In this document: in pieces, positions 31,449-41,898 of the stretch
Position numbering within the stretch: the first letter of the stretch is position 1
Layout of the letters: every line of letters begins with the position of its first letter
From: Trypanosoma brucei
Lineage: Eukaryota
Assembly (NCBI GenBank): GCA_000002445.1
Contig: CH464491.1
Coordinates: 1,920,001-1,984,000, forward strand
Length of the DNA stretch: 64,000 nt
Direction of reading: 5' to 3'
Notes under the pieces: model-generated
What the model was told of the DNA's origin: nothing
Database searches by the model: none
Seen by the model: the letters and a program-made list of their open reading frames with translations, nothing else
Translations under genes and position numbers: made by a program

Positions 31449-31917
31449 TATACCCAGACAGTGCGTATTCCTTTTTTTTTTTGATTGCTGCGTCCTTCTT
31501 TGCGTCCTAAAGTTATCAATATATATATATATATATAGCACGTTTCCTCTCTTCTTTGAGTTGTAAACGCGCGTAATGGTCTTGGCGCCGCCGCTGTACT
31601 GCAAAATGCGGGCGTGTAAGTGTCCTTAGAGATACAAATAATCAAATAAATAATTATATAATTATATATATATGTACCCCCGCGAGGAGTCGGGATATAA
31701 CTTTCTTCCCTCCCTTATTTTTTTTTTCGTACCCACACACACCCTTTTCGTTTTTTCTTCGATTCCCTTACCAGATAAAAGAATGTATATAAGTTTTTTG
31801 TGTAATTACAATTAAGTATTTAGAACTGAAGGTATTCCCTTTTCTTTCCCTTAACTATGTGATGATACGTTTTCCCCCTTTTTACGCTGACGCACTTCCC
31901 TTTACTCACCTATATGT

Positions 31918-31942
31918 TGTTTTGTTTGTTTGTTTGTTTGTT
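31918..31942. repeat. (TTTG)n microsatellite
   Basis: gttttgtttgtttgtttgtttgttc. Confidence 0.9.
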
Positions 31943-32496
31943 CGTCTATTATTATTATTTCTTTTTTTTTTTTTCGTATTCTCGATGTCGGTTCTAGTCG
32001 CCAAATAAACTTCCCACTGCTTAAGCCTTCGTGTGTTCAAGTCAGTACACCGCCTTTACTCTTCCAGCCTCCGGTGTCGTGGTGGCCAAAACAATGAAAA
32101 CACTAATGAAAGCTCGCTAAATCGGATTATTATGCCAACAGTAGCAGTATCAATAACAGAAAAATGTATATTGTAATTATTTCTGCTTCAGCTACCGACA
32201 GGTTTGCAGTAGGCGGCGAATGAAAGAGGCAACCACTTGACAAAGCAGTTGCGCCTATGCGTGTGCGCTTATAAAAAGATATTGATGTCAAGAGGTAGAG
32301 AGAAGGCAATGAAAGGAAAGGAAAGGGAAGAAAGAAAAAAAAAAAAAAAAAGAGGCATAAAGGAAAGTAGAGTGTTGAGCAGTTTTAGTTACTCGGTTAG
32401 TTGTGAAAACAGTGGCAGTAATAATGGCAGAGTCCAGACACTTAACCGCATGAATATGAGGGGCGCCCCCGTAAGAGCATGTAAAAGGAGACATGT

Positions 32497-32522
32497 ACAC
32501 ACACACACACACACACACACAC
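32497..32522. repeat. (AC)n microsatellite
   Basis: acacacacacacacacacacacacac. Confidence 0.9.
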
Positions 32523-33309
32523 CGATATATGTAAATATACGGGTATGTATGCATGATGAGAGGTCTCACTAACTCCATCACAACAGTCAGCGAACATTCA
32601 AAATTTAACAAGCGTTATGGTTCTGCCTCAACAGGAAAATACGGTTCTCTCGCATCTTCGATGTTACAACACCGGCCTATTCTTAGAAACTAGGGACACC
32701 CAAATGAATAGAAGAGAGGGAGAAAAAAAAATATAATGAAGCAGCAGAACAACCAGTCAAGGAGAGAAAAAGGTCAATGAAAGAGGTACACGAAAAGAAA
32801 CAGGCAAATTCAGCAGAGCCACCGAACGTGTAAAATCAAATGTGGGAACAGGGAAGAAGGGTTGTGCAGGTGAGCTGAGCAGTTGAGAGCAAAACACTTT
32901 GAGGCGAGCTGAACACATCGCATTTACGGGCTAACGGGCACAGTAGGTAAGATACTGTAAAAATGGCACGCGTCGCCCCCTTCTTCTCCTCCCACGCAGA
33001 AAATGAAAGAGGATTATAGAGGTGTATGACCAGCGTCACTTTCCTGTTGTGTCACACACATGGCCATTGGGTGATCAATCCACGCTGTTTTTTTTTTTTG
33101 CGATCTCCCTTCTCGCCTCCCTCTTCTACCAATGCTCCTCTACCTCATATCAGGCCTCTTCTTCGCTCTTTACTTCCCATTCCACCCTTCTCCTCCTTCT
33201 TCCGCGGTTCTTTGCCTTCCCCCACCTTTAAAATTTTTTTTTCTTCCTTTGTTTGTTTTCCTCCTCACCAAATTCTGTCCACATTCTTTTTCCCACAGGT
33301 GCACGCGCC

Positions 33310-34053
33310 TCAATCCTCTTCGGCAAGGCGCCTTCTCCTTGCGGCCTCCTCCTCGCGCTCTTTTTCTACCTCAACGACGAACCTGTGCAATTCGGTGTCG
33401 CTCATGTAAGCCGCCTTACCGCGCTCCAGCACCAGGAGTTCAATGTTTTTCGACCCACTTTCAACAGCCTCAAGAAGCGCCTTAATTGCAAAGTGCACGC
33501 AACGATCCCGCGTCATGCCATCCTGATAGTTTTTTTCCATAAATTCGAGCACAACCTTGTCATTTCGGCCGATTGCTGCTGCATTCCACGCTGAACTCGT
33601 TCCAGACGGCTCCGTCTTCCACAACTGCGGCTGCCCATTTTCATTAAAGCCACCAATGATGGTTGAAACACCGTACGGTCTGCTGCCGCTTGATTGCGTA
33701 GAACGTTGCTGTACCCTTGCCACGTACCGCACGAGCAGGTCAACGTCAATGGCGTCTTCGTAGCTCAAGCGGAAGCGTTGACATTCCAGTTGTGCGTGAT
33801 TCACAACCACACGGGCGTCGGCAGAGAGACCTGCGGAAGCGAGATAAATATGCTCGTCAAGTTTGTATATTTTGCGTGTCGTACGGCTGTCCTGCAGTTT
33901 TTGCACTGATTTTTTCTCCACAGCAAAGATAATGCTGTCCTTCCCTTTCACACCAACTGCACAGAGACCCTTGCGAACGGCCTCTTGCGCATACTCAACC
34001 TGGAACAAATGTCCATCGGGACTAAACACAGTAATTGCGCGATCGTAGCTCAT
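33310..34053 (-). CDS. 20S proteasome subunit alpha type-7 (alpha4/PSMA7-type)
   Basis: MSYDRAITVFSPDGHLFQVEYAQEAVRKG is near-identical to the PSMA7 N-terminus. The rest aligns along the whole alpha-subunit fold (GGFNENGQPQLWKTEPSGT..., KALLEAVESGSKNIELLVL). Start placed at the second Met of the track ORF, which extends 14 codons further to 34095. Confidence 0.9.
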   Translation of the reverse strand: MSYDRAITVFSPDGHLFQVEYAQEAVRKGLCAVGVKGKDSIIFAVEKKSVQKLQDSRTTRKIYKLDEHIYLASAGLSADARVVVNHAQLECQRFRLSYEDAIDVDLLVRYVARVQQRSTQSSGSRPYGVSTIIGGFNENGQPQLWKTEPSGTSSAWNAAAIGRNDKVVLEFMEKNYQDGMTRDRCVHFAIKALLEAVESGSKNIELLVLERGKAAYMSDTELHRFVVEVEKEREEEAARRRRLAEED

Positions 34054-34515
34054 ACTATTTCGGATAAGTGTGTATACGTATGTACGTACGTGCAAGTAAT
34101 TAACAAATAGGCCTGCAGCCGCCTTCCTTCCTTTCCTTTCCTTGAGAACTTCCTTTTGTTACAACCGGTAAACCTTAGTTAATGTTTCCTCCAACTTCCT
34201 TCAAACCGCATAGAGTGCAAATGGGAGAATGCAATTTTAATTTAAAGTGAGAGGAGAATCAAAAAACTGAAAGCGATATGCAGAGAGGTCATACGCACAT
34301 GTTCAGACGTCCAAAGAAATACCAATGAGTACGGACCAATCGAAAGATAAGGGGAGAATACCGCGAGTCAACACAAACATTCATAATAAGTCCTATCCTT
34401 ACTATCTTTTTCTCCCTTTCCCCTCTTGTAAGTGTGATAGGACTCTGCGCTGATAGTTATGATTGAGGCCGTTGCGGACAAGTGGAACGGACGCACGTTT
34501 GCGGCCAGCAGTAAA

Positions 34516-35787
34516 CTAGCAGTGAACAAATGTTGGCACCACAGCGTAACCGAATGGGTCCACACCGTAAAAATCAACATCCCTCAGTGCCACTGCCCCC
34601 TCTGTTAAGAGGTGTACAGAACCTAAATAAAACCCCTCAAATTTGCACTCAAATTTGCAGTCCGAAGCCATGCAACTCTTCACTAGTTCCAGCAGGTGAG
34701 CCAAGCGTACATTACCTGCCACATCTGCTGCTGCGTCATTTGGTTGCAGCAAGCATCTCGACAAACGCAAGCGAGTGTTTACTGCGTACAAGAAAGCGTG
34801 ACCAAGATCCACTTCCGATTGCGTAATTATCACAACAGCCACGCGAAGGTCCTGCGCAACGCTCTTCATTGCGTTCATAAGCGCTGCAACGGCGTTGTGC
34901 CGTTCAATTACCTCCCCATCCATACCAGTAAAGGTCCGACGTACCATGGCGCTAAAATCATCCACCACCACGAGGCGTACGCCGTCATTCAGCATAATAT
35001 TCTCACGGAGAACAGGCATATGCTCCAGAAGCTGCCCGAGCGTTGGGATTGTTACTATTGCCAACTGTTGTAGCGCAGTTTCTGCATCTCCGCCAAACCT
35101 GTCGGGTTCAGCAGCATTGCTTCCATTGTTGTCACCTCTATATGTACCAAGTGTAGACCGTAGGTAACCGGCGGTGGCTCTGGTTGAAAATGGATGCTGA
35201 TTGCTGCTGATCCAAAGTGTATGATACTTTCCATTACCCCTGCCTTCTCTTGCCAGAGTTGCCGCACGCCCAGCGAGATTGAGCGCCAGGGCTGTCTTAC
35301 CCGTGCCACTTGCCCCGGTAATCTCCGTGACTAAGCCACACTTCACGCCGCCAGCAAGCACATCATCTAGACACTTATGGCCAGTGGATATCACCCCAAA
35401 ACAACTGGAGGAGAGTTGGTCTTCAACGGAAATGGGAAGAAGCGTGGAATCGGGAGAGTTAACGATGGTGTGGCTTATGTGTCTGTAGAGAAGCTCCACA
35501 TCATCCAGCGAGGCGTCTAGCATCTGTGAAACATCGCAAGGGGGTTGCAGTAGCACGTTTTCAAGACGCGTGCCGTTCCCATAACCTGGAAGGCCCTCCA
35601 ACTTCTTCAGCATAACTTGAACACGCTCCATTTGGAGTGGATCTGCTTCTTGTGTGGTAAGTTCATCAGAATCACTAAGATCTACTACAGGCTTCTGTGC
35701 CAAGTTGACGAAGTCATCCCCCTCATCATCATCATCATCAGAGTTGCTGTTTGCATAGTCATGTGCCACTGGCCAGAGTGCATCCAT
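34516..35787 (-). CDS. RecA/RAD51-family ATPase, divergent RAD51-paralogue-like
   Basis: Walker A in RAD51 context (GGVKCGLVTEITGASGTGKTALALNLAG). Hydrophobic stretch followed by DD (VRLVVVDDFSAMV), Walker-B-like. Acidic N-terminal tract (SNSDDDDDEGDDF). Confidence 0.65.
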   Translation of the reverse strand: MDALWPVAHDYANSNSDDDDDEGDDFVNLAQKPVVDLSDSDELTTQEADPLQMERVQVMLKKLEGLPGYGNGTRLENVLLQPPCDVSQMLDASLDDVELLYRHISHTIVNSPDSTLLPISVEDQLSSSCFGVISTGHKCLDDVLAGGVKCGLVTEITGASGTGKTALALNLAGRAATLAREGRGNGKYHTLWISSNQHPFSTRATAGYLRSTLGTYRGDNNGSNAAEPDRFGGDAETALQQLAIVTIPTLGQLLEHMPVLRENIMLNDGVRLVVVDDFSAMVRRTFTGMDGEVIERHNAVAALMNAMKSVAQDLRVAVVIITQSEVDLGHAFLYAVNTRLRLSRCLLQPNDAAADVAGNVRLAHLLELVKSCMASDCKFECKFEGFYLGSVHLLTEGAVALRDVDFYGVDPFGYAVVPTFVHC

Positions 35788-36133
35788 CCATTAACACTAC
35801 CCTCCCACTTCTACACAAATTAAAGTGAGGTAAAACAATAAGGTAAGTTACGCAAACATGCAAGCGCGAGCCGCCTTCGTTTCATTTTTCCGCGACTTAT
35901 AGGCGATTGCAGCTTCCACTCTATTATAGCTCACCCCCACCATGCATTCCCGTTTTTTTCGATATTATTAACGTAGAGAGGTACTGCAATAACCGAGTTA
36001 AAGGTTAAAAAACGAAACGTTTCAAATTGTGTGGTCTAACCTGTCGCCTCCTTGGTGAAGTGCATCGGTGCTGTACTGCAAGGACAAAAAAAAAAAAAGA
36101 AAAATACTCACGATCGCTATCATTGCCTTCTAT

Positions 36134-36517
36134 TCAGTTGTTCGTCAAAGTTCGCTCGAAGGCCTCGTTCATTTTCAGAGCCAGGTCTATATCCTTCTGC
36201 GTCACCCTATTCCCTGCATCGTGTGTTGTAAGCCGGACGGAAACCTTGTTGTACTTATTTTCCCAGGTAGGATGGTGCCCTGCGGCCTCACACTCAACAG
36301 CCACCGCGTTCATAAACTTAATGGCGTCCGAAAAATCCTTGAAAGTAAACTCCCGGTGGATAATACCGCTGTTGTTTCCGTCTACCCTCCACTCGGGCAG
36401 TTTTAACAGTGCACGTGATATGGCAGGAAAGGAAAGTGGTTGTGGACGCATGCAATAATAAACACACCGCCGCATTGTCTCAACAACCGGACTGATTGAA
36501 GAAAACATCGTTAACAA
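36134..36517 (-). CDS. pterin-4-alpha-carbinolamine dehydratase (PCD/DCoH family)
   Basis: LPEWRVDGNNSGIIHREFTFKDFSDAIKFMNAVAVECEAAGHHPTWENKYNKVSVRLTTHDAGNRVTQKDIDLALKMNEAF matches the PCD fold signature (FxFxxF, [EA]xxxxHHPxW, NxYN, L(S/T)THD). Confidence 0.8.
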   Translation of the reverse strand: MLTMFSSISPVVETMRRCVYYCMRPQPLSFPAISRALLKLPEWRVDGNNSGIIHREFTFKDFSDAIKFMNAVAVECEAAGHHPTWENKYNKVSVRLTTHDAGNRVTQKDIDLALKMNEAFERTLTNN

Positions 36518-36628
36518 TAAAAAAAAGAATGGAGAAAACCGTAGTCAAGAGTCATGATTTGCCAGAGGGCAACCGGAGAGAAAGTAATGAAAGCAGAAGG
36601 AACGATCAAAAGTAAGAGGTAAGCAGAA

Positions 36629-36659
36629 GTGTGTGTTTGTGTGTGTGTGTGGGGGGGGG
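36629..36659. repeat. (GT)n microsatellite followed by a G9 run
   Basis: gtgtgtgtttgtgtgtgtgtgtggggggggg. Confidence 0.9.
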
Positions 36660-36805
36660 TTAGGGTGGAAAGGGAGCTCGGCTCATGTCAGTGTGGAATT
36701 ATACGCACATTTGTACACTAGTTCCCTTTAGACATTGTTGGAGTGAAACAGGAAGGAAGGTAGCTGTTGAGCGGCATTCCACCAGCACATTTGTCCCTCC
36801 CCCGC

Positions 36806-37030
36806 TCATCGCCGTCTGCCTTTACTCACACGAGTGTCTGAACTACAGAGAATGGGTGAATCTCCTTCTATGAGCTGCTTTAGCGCTAGAAGCTCCTTCT
36901 CGTCCTCCACCATCTGTCGCAAAGTATCCTGCAGTCGATTCATCTCAACCTCCAGGAGTTCCATTTCATTCTCCAAGTGGTCCGCGAGCGCCCGCACGGC
37001 CGCACCGGTTTCTCTGGGTTCCACATGCAT
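36806..37030 (-). CDS. possible small coiled-coil protein (74 aa). Weak call.
   Basis: Only candidate ORF in a 1.45-kb gap between the PCD and PA-domain genes. Heptad-like sequence ENEMELLEVEMNRLQDTLRQMVEDEKELLALKQL. Could be chance. Confidence 0.2.
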   Translation of the reverse strand: MHVEPRETGAAVRALADHLENEMELLEVEMNRLQDTLRQMVEDEKELLALKQLIEGDSPILCSSDTRVSKGRRR

Positions 37031-37972
37031 CCCAAGTCAAACTGAAACAAGGAGATTCCAGGCAATGTCCAAACGCCGTTGATGTAATGATGTACGTGCT
37101 CCCTCTGTACGGTGTAGCAAGTGCAAATGAGCTTCCGCTACCTTTTTCGTTTTCTTTGTTTTTTCTTTTCGATTTTCCCGCACGCGCTGCAATGTTTACA
37201 GTTTTTTTCTTGTACTTTATTCAGTGGGGTAAAGAATCAACAGTGGAATAGAGTTATGAATAAAGGGGAGGTACGGCGAATCGTACACACAACGCAGAAA
37301 GCGACCCGTCCTTCTTACGGCAACAAGTGACGTGTAGCAGTGTGTGCACTTAGTTTGTGGTTTTTGGATCAGCAAGTTGGCACTCCAGAGATATTATCAT
37401 TAATATGGGTGATCATGTTACCCTTCCCCTCTCTTTCTTTCTTCTCTTTTCCAAGCAAAATTCTTGTCACTTACCAACTTGCTTCCTTCACACTAAAGCC
37501 TACGTTTACCGATAGGGGCTGCGTCCCACTTACAGACACCTTTCTACATAACCATGAGGCTGCATAGCACACACCTTTTCCGCTCCCTGCATCAGCGGTA
37601 CGCCCATTTCTCCAAATCCCAGCATCCACCGTCCTGTTTACTCCGAAACCCCTCGCCCATACGTGCGGCTCTCGCACTTTTCACCGCATGCAAAAGAACT
37701 GAAAGCTCGAAACGGCTCGGTCCACAACAGTGATGCAAGGTGCGATGCAACGCCTGAGAAATGTAAGCAATCAACGCGACGAGGACACCACTAAGAAAGA
37801 AATCTATCCAAATAAATAGCACGCGAAAAGAGGCCTAGTTGGCTCACGTGGGGTTCCTCCGTCGATTAATTACACATGTAGCGAATGAACCACCACCCAG
37901 TTCAAACATTTGCTGTCGATGAAGAAGGAACGCGCACGCAAGTACCCACACCACACGATGTTCCCCCCCCCG

Positions 37973-38488
37973 TCAAACGATATACCGAAGCACATCCAAC
38001 GGCGTACCAAGCGTAACCTCCACCAGGACATCGTTTTTCACAGCGTTTGTAATGGCATCGTAGTCCTTCGTTGTTATGCGCTCAACAGGAATATCCACCT
38101 CTGCTTCATCTGCAGAACCAACACCGTCGTTCGCCACAAGCAAACCAACGGCGCCCGCAGATTGGGCCCTCACGGCTTGTGTACCGTGTGAGCACTGACC
38201 ACCATGAGTCAGGAGTACCGCATCAACCCAGTGAGGATCCACTTTATCTCCGTTGCAAAGCGCACCCATTTCTACCAGAATAACTTTCCCATGATTATTC
38301 CTCCCCGTCAGAGGCGTGGTACCATAGTCAGGAACGGTGGACAACATGTTTCGCTTTGCGAGGTAGAGAGGTCGGTGGACTACGAGCGATGTGACTGGCA
38401 CCGCAGCACCGAGCAGAGCAACAACAATTGTGAAGACGACTCTCAACCACAGCGCCATCTTGTCCAGCCCCTCAGTAAAAATTCCCAA
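37973..38488 (-). CDS. PA (protease-associated)-domain-like protein with N-terminal signal/anchor (171 aa)
   Basis: N-terminal hydrophobic segment (MALWLRVVFTIVVALLGAAVPV). Central block GKVILVEMGALCNGDKVDPHWVDAVLLTHGGQCSHGTQAVRAQSAGAVGLLVAND resembles the PA-domain core (G-K-I-xL-x-RG-x-C-x-F...KxxxAQ-xAGA-x-GV-L-x). Confidence 0.5.
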   Translation of the reverse strand: MGIFTEGLDKMALWLRVVFTIVVALLGAAVPVTSLVVHRPLYLAKRNMLSTVPDYGTTPLTGRNNHGKVILVEMGALCNGDKVDPHWVDAVLLTHGGQCSHGTQAVRAQSAGAVGLLVANDGVGSADEAEVDIPVERITTKDYDAITNAVKNDVLVEVTLGTPLDVLRYIV

Positions 38489-39286
38489 TTCTTCAAACTT
38501 TGTGTATCGTATCTGTTATCCAAATCTCAACTTCTGCCCACTTTCAACATGCTACACACCCCATTGTACACATATGAAAAAGAGGGGAGCGCACCAAAGA
38601 GGAGTGAAAAAGTGACTGAATAAGCAGAAAAGGGCAAAACACGGTACACTCAGTCAAGGACTATGACCAACGGACAAATAACACACACAACATCCTCTTC
38701 ACCATTTCTGTTGCAATTCCCTAAATTTTCCGTTACTTCTCCCTGGAAGAGAAGCTCATACCCACGTACTAAAAGCAAAAAAAAAAATAATAAGAATGGA
38801 CGACAACTCACACGAAATACCTGCCACAAGTCGAAACTGACCCATCTCGAAAAAAAAAGGCAGGTGATGTTGAAAGATAAGCCACAACGCCACCCCGAAT
38901 ACAACCTCGTGCCATTACAAACATTTACTACAAATATCAAACGATAAGAGCCCTCCGGCGAAACATAATAATGAAAAAGAGAATGAACAGCGACAAAATG
39001 GTCGAGTAACAACACCAACTAAAAAAAAGCTAATCACTATCCCCACAATGACCAGTAGGAAAATTAAATGTGGGAAAACGAATGAGCCAGAAGCGACACA
39101 TTTGATAGTTTAAAAACGAAACTGAAGAAAAAAAAATACAACAAACGGAACCAGTACAGCAAACAAAAGATAAAAAAAAAATAGCACCACTCAAAAATAA
39201 TAGTAATAATAATATTGTTTAACGGTCGAAAGCACTTTATTAGCAACCATAAAGAAAAACACTTTTCTTAATGGTGCCTCAACCCC

Positions 39287-40546
39287 TCACAGTTCTCCCC
39301 TCTTGTTCACCTTGAGCAAGTTATGCCACATGTTGTGAGACTCATCAATCACCTTCATTGCGTATTCCTTGTCCTTGAATTCACCATCGAAAGCAAAATG
39401 GCTCGCTTCACCACCCTGACAAATCTTGTACACACGGAACCACTCACGGATGGCATCAAGACATCCAGGAAGGAACTTCGGTACGTCATGGATGTCTTTC
39501 ATGAAACGACATATAGGATCGTTGTGGGATATGCAAACAACTTTCCAATCCATCTTGCCCTCGTCAATCATTCCAAGCACACCTAGCACTTTTACTGCAC
39601 TCACCTGACCGACTTTGAATTGCGTCATCCCGATCTCAACAGCATCTACGGGGTCATTGTCACCAGTCACCCCAGCCTCGAATAACACCTCTGTGCTCTC
39701 CCATGTCTGTGGAAACGCACCATAGTTCCACATCATATCACCATGCTTGTAGAACCGAGGTACGCCATTCTTGATATCCTGCTTTATGGGATTAAATGAC
39801 TCTCCAGTCGCGATCTCAAACTTTGCGCGCGTCCACTTAGGGATCTCACAGATGAAATTGTAGCGATTCATTGGTGTCGCCTCGGGCTTTGTTCGCACAA
39901 GATCACGTACATACAGCGGGATGTCATGCCACGGCGATACCTGCCGCTCCCTACCGGTTTCCAAATCCCTGAAGAAGTACAGTACGCGGTAGCTGGGTGT
40001 GTACATTTCACCTTTCTCGTGCACAACCAACTGCTGCTGGTGATACGGCATGGAGAAATCGGCAGACACCATCGAGAAACATTTCGTCCTGGAATGTACA
40101 GGATGGGAACACCACCACGCCCAAAACTTCTCAAATGTCACGTGACCATCGATAGCATTGATTTCAGCTTTCATGGCCTTCACATCCCCATCGCTCATGT
40201 TACGGCCCAAGTACCTGCATACCTCTTCCACTTTGTCAGGCGTGAGGTAGCCAAGATGCGTCACATCGAATGCTGAGAATAATCGACTCATGATCTTTTT
40301 GATCATTGGTTGAGTGAAATCATCCTTATCGTAGGCGGCAAGATCCAGTTCGCTCACCTTCCGGTCAACCGCCTCCTGAATAGGCTCTGCGACGTCGGCC
40401 TCAGAACCCCTGCCGGTACTTATGTTGGTACCAAGTGATGCCGAGAAAGGCAGCCCCGCCACTTCGGCAGAAGCCAAATCTTGGGGAGACGTTCGATCAC
40501 TGCGCGAATCCACACCGTGTGTGTTGTTCATATCTACAGTTGGCAC
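39287..40546 (-). CDS. VSP1: soluble inorganic pyrophosphatase with N-terminal EF-hand domain (vacuolar/acidocalcisomal VSP1 type), copy A
   Basis: 419 aa. N-terminal EF-hand-like region (DKDDFTQPMIKKIMSRLFSAFDVTHLGYLTPDKVEEV; NMSDGDVKAMKAEINAIDGHVTFEKF). C-terminal family I PPase core (NFICEIPKWTRAKFEIATGE, KQDIKNGVPRFY, GDNDPVDAVEIG, VKVLGVLGMIDEG). 8 aa differences to copy B, clustered near both ends. Confidence 0.9.
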   Translation of the reverse strand: MPTVDMNNTHGVDSRSDRTSPQDLASAEVAGLPFSASLGTNISTGRGSEADVAEPIQEAVDRKVSELDLAAYDKDDFTQPMIKKIMSRLFSAFDVTHLGYLTPDKVEEVCRYLGRNMSDGDVKAMKAEINAIDGHVTFEKFWAWWCSHPVHSRTKCFSMVSADFSMPYHQQQLVVHEKGEMYTPSYRVLYFFRDLETGRERQVSPWHDIPLYVRDLVRTKPEATPMNRYNFICEIPKWTRAKFEIATGESFNPIKQDIKNGVPRFYKHGDMMWNYGAFPQTWESTEVLFEAGVTGDNDPVDAVEIGMTQFKVGQVSAVKVLGVLGMIDEGKMDWKVVCISHNDPICRFMKDIHDVPKFLPGCLDAIREWFRVYKICQGGEASHFAFDGEFKDKEYAMKVIDESHNMWHNLLKVNKRGEL

Positions 40547-40547
40547 T

Positions 40548-40570
40548 TTAAAAGGCGGAAGAGGGAAAGC
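40548..40570 (-). promoter_or_regulatory. polypyrimidine tract plus AG (candidate trans-splice acceptor) immediately upstream of pyrophosphatase copy A
   Basis: Sense strand reads tgctttccctcttccgcctttt aaAG tgccaactgtagat ATG. The identical element sits at 45382-45404 for copy B. Confidence 0.35.
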
Positions 40571-41898
40571 AATCGATTAAAACACAAAGTACATAGAAAC
40601 AACGACATATTCCGGCGTGATAGTTGTATCGCATACCAACTTCTTCCACTCCAAAATACTCGCAGCTTAGACACTCAAATGCTTTGCTTAGCGATGCTTA
40701 ACGCTGCCTGCATGCGCGCCAGAGTTCTTCTTCTGCTGTCGACCTCACTGGCTAGGCACACCCGAGTGGTAATATCGGTTGTTGTAACAAATGGAGTGGA
40801 AATTTCTTTAACCGTTACCAGTTAGTTGTCCCCTTCCTCACCATTACGCACCAAAGTCAGCTAACTATACCGTGTGGAGCAAATGAACTGACAAATAAAT
40901 GGAAGGTAAGCACTGATATAGAACAGTGAACCGTACTATCATTATAGGATGGCGTTCACCCACCGCGGTTCCACGGCGGCACCAACCTCTCTTCAGCCAT
41001 AACAAAATTCAAACTCACGAAGGTAATAACGTAGCTAGCTAAACATCTATGTTGTGCCAAGCCATTCACTGGCAGCTGAGGTGCTTCCCAGTAACGCGTG
41101 AGCCTCGTTGGTTTTCTTGGCTCAGCACCCTTTCGCGTAAGAGGTCTTGCAACCCAAATTGTCACCTTCAACTCCGAATACAGGAACATACCAGCGTGTG
41201 GTGCAAACCCACCATCTCAAGAGAAGAAAGGTGACTTCCCGAGTAATCTGGAGAGCAGACACCCTGAGAGAGATTATGCCACTTGACAGCTGCATCAGAA
41301 TAGCCACATGGCGCCAGCACACTCATGGGAGATTTGTGGTTATAATTGATATGCAAGACTGCCATCCCGGAGGAAACCGTTCGACCAGTGTCTGCATCTG
41401 CCGCAACCCACCATGTCCCGCAAACCGTTCACTGCATGCCACACTCCTCCACACAGCGTGGCGTTCTAACGCATGATACAGGGTTGATTTCGGACGGACA
41501 AGCGTACAAAAAAGAGATACGTTGAACGATGAAGATGGACCGCAGCTCCAGTGATGTACTGTCAGTGTCAGTGTCAGTTCTGTTGGCTGACGGTAACGGG
41601 TCAGTACAGCACTGTAATGTTGGCTTCCCTCCATCTGATCTTGTGGGTCCTCATCAGGTATTTGAAAGAGTCGAGCTTGTCGTGCTCATTAAAGGTCGTC
41701 ATGGGTAGAAAGAAGTGATGGACGCAGCACACTAAGCAAAACGCCAACGAGCTGGAGAGGCCATCAACACGCTCTCTCGGTCTTCCTACGTACACACTAA
41801 ATAACACAGGACAGCCAGTAGAAAAGCAACGGGCACTTAACCGTGAGTCTTTGGAGTTAACGCCTGGTAGTCGGTTAACCTCCATTACTAAGCACCCG

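Larger units (their letters stand above)
39279..40755. repeat. segmental direct repeat copy A (1477 bp), carrying the pyrophosphatase CDS plus 209 bp of 5' flank
   Basis: Near-identical to 44113-45589 (offset 4834 bp). The boundaries were found by reading both copies. Confidence 0.9.
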
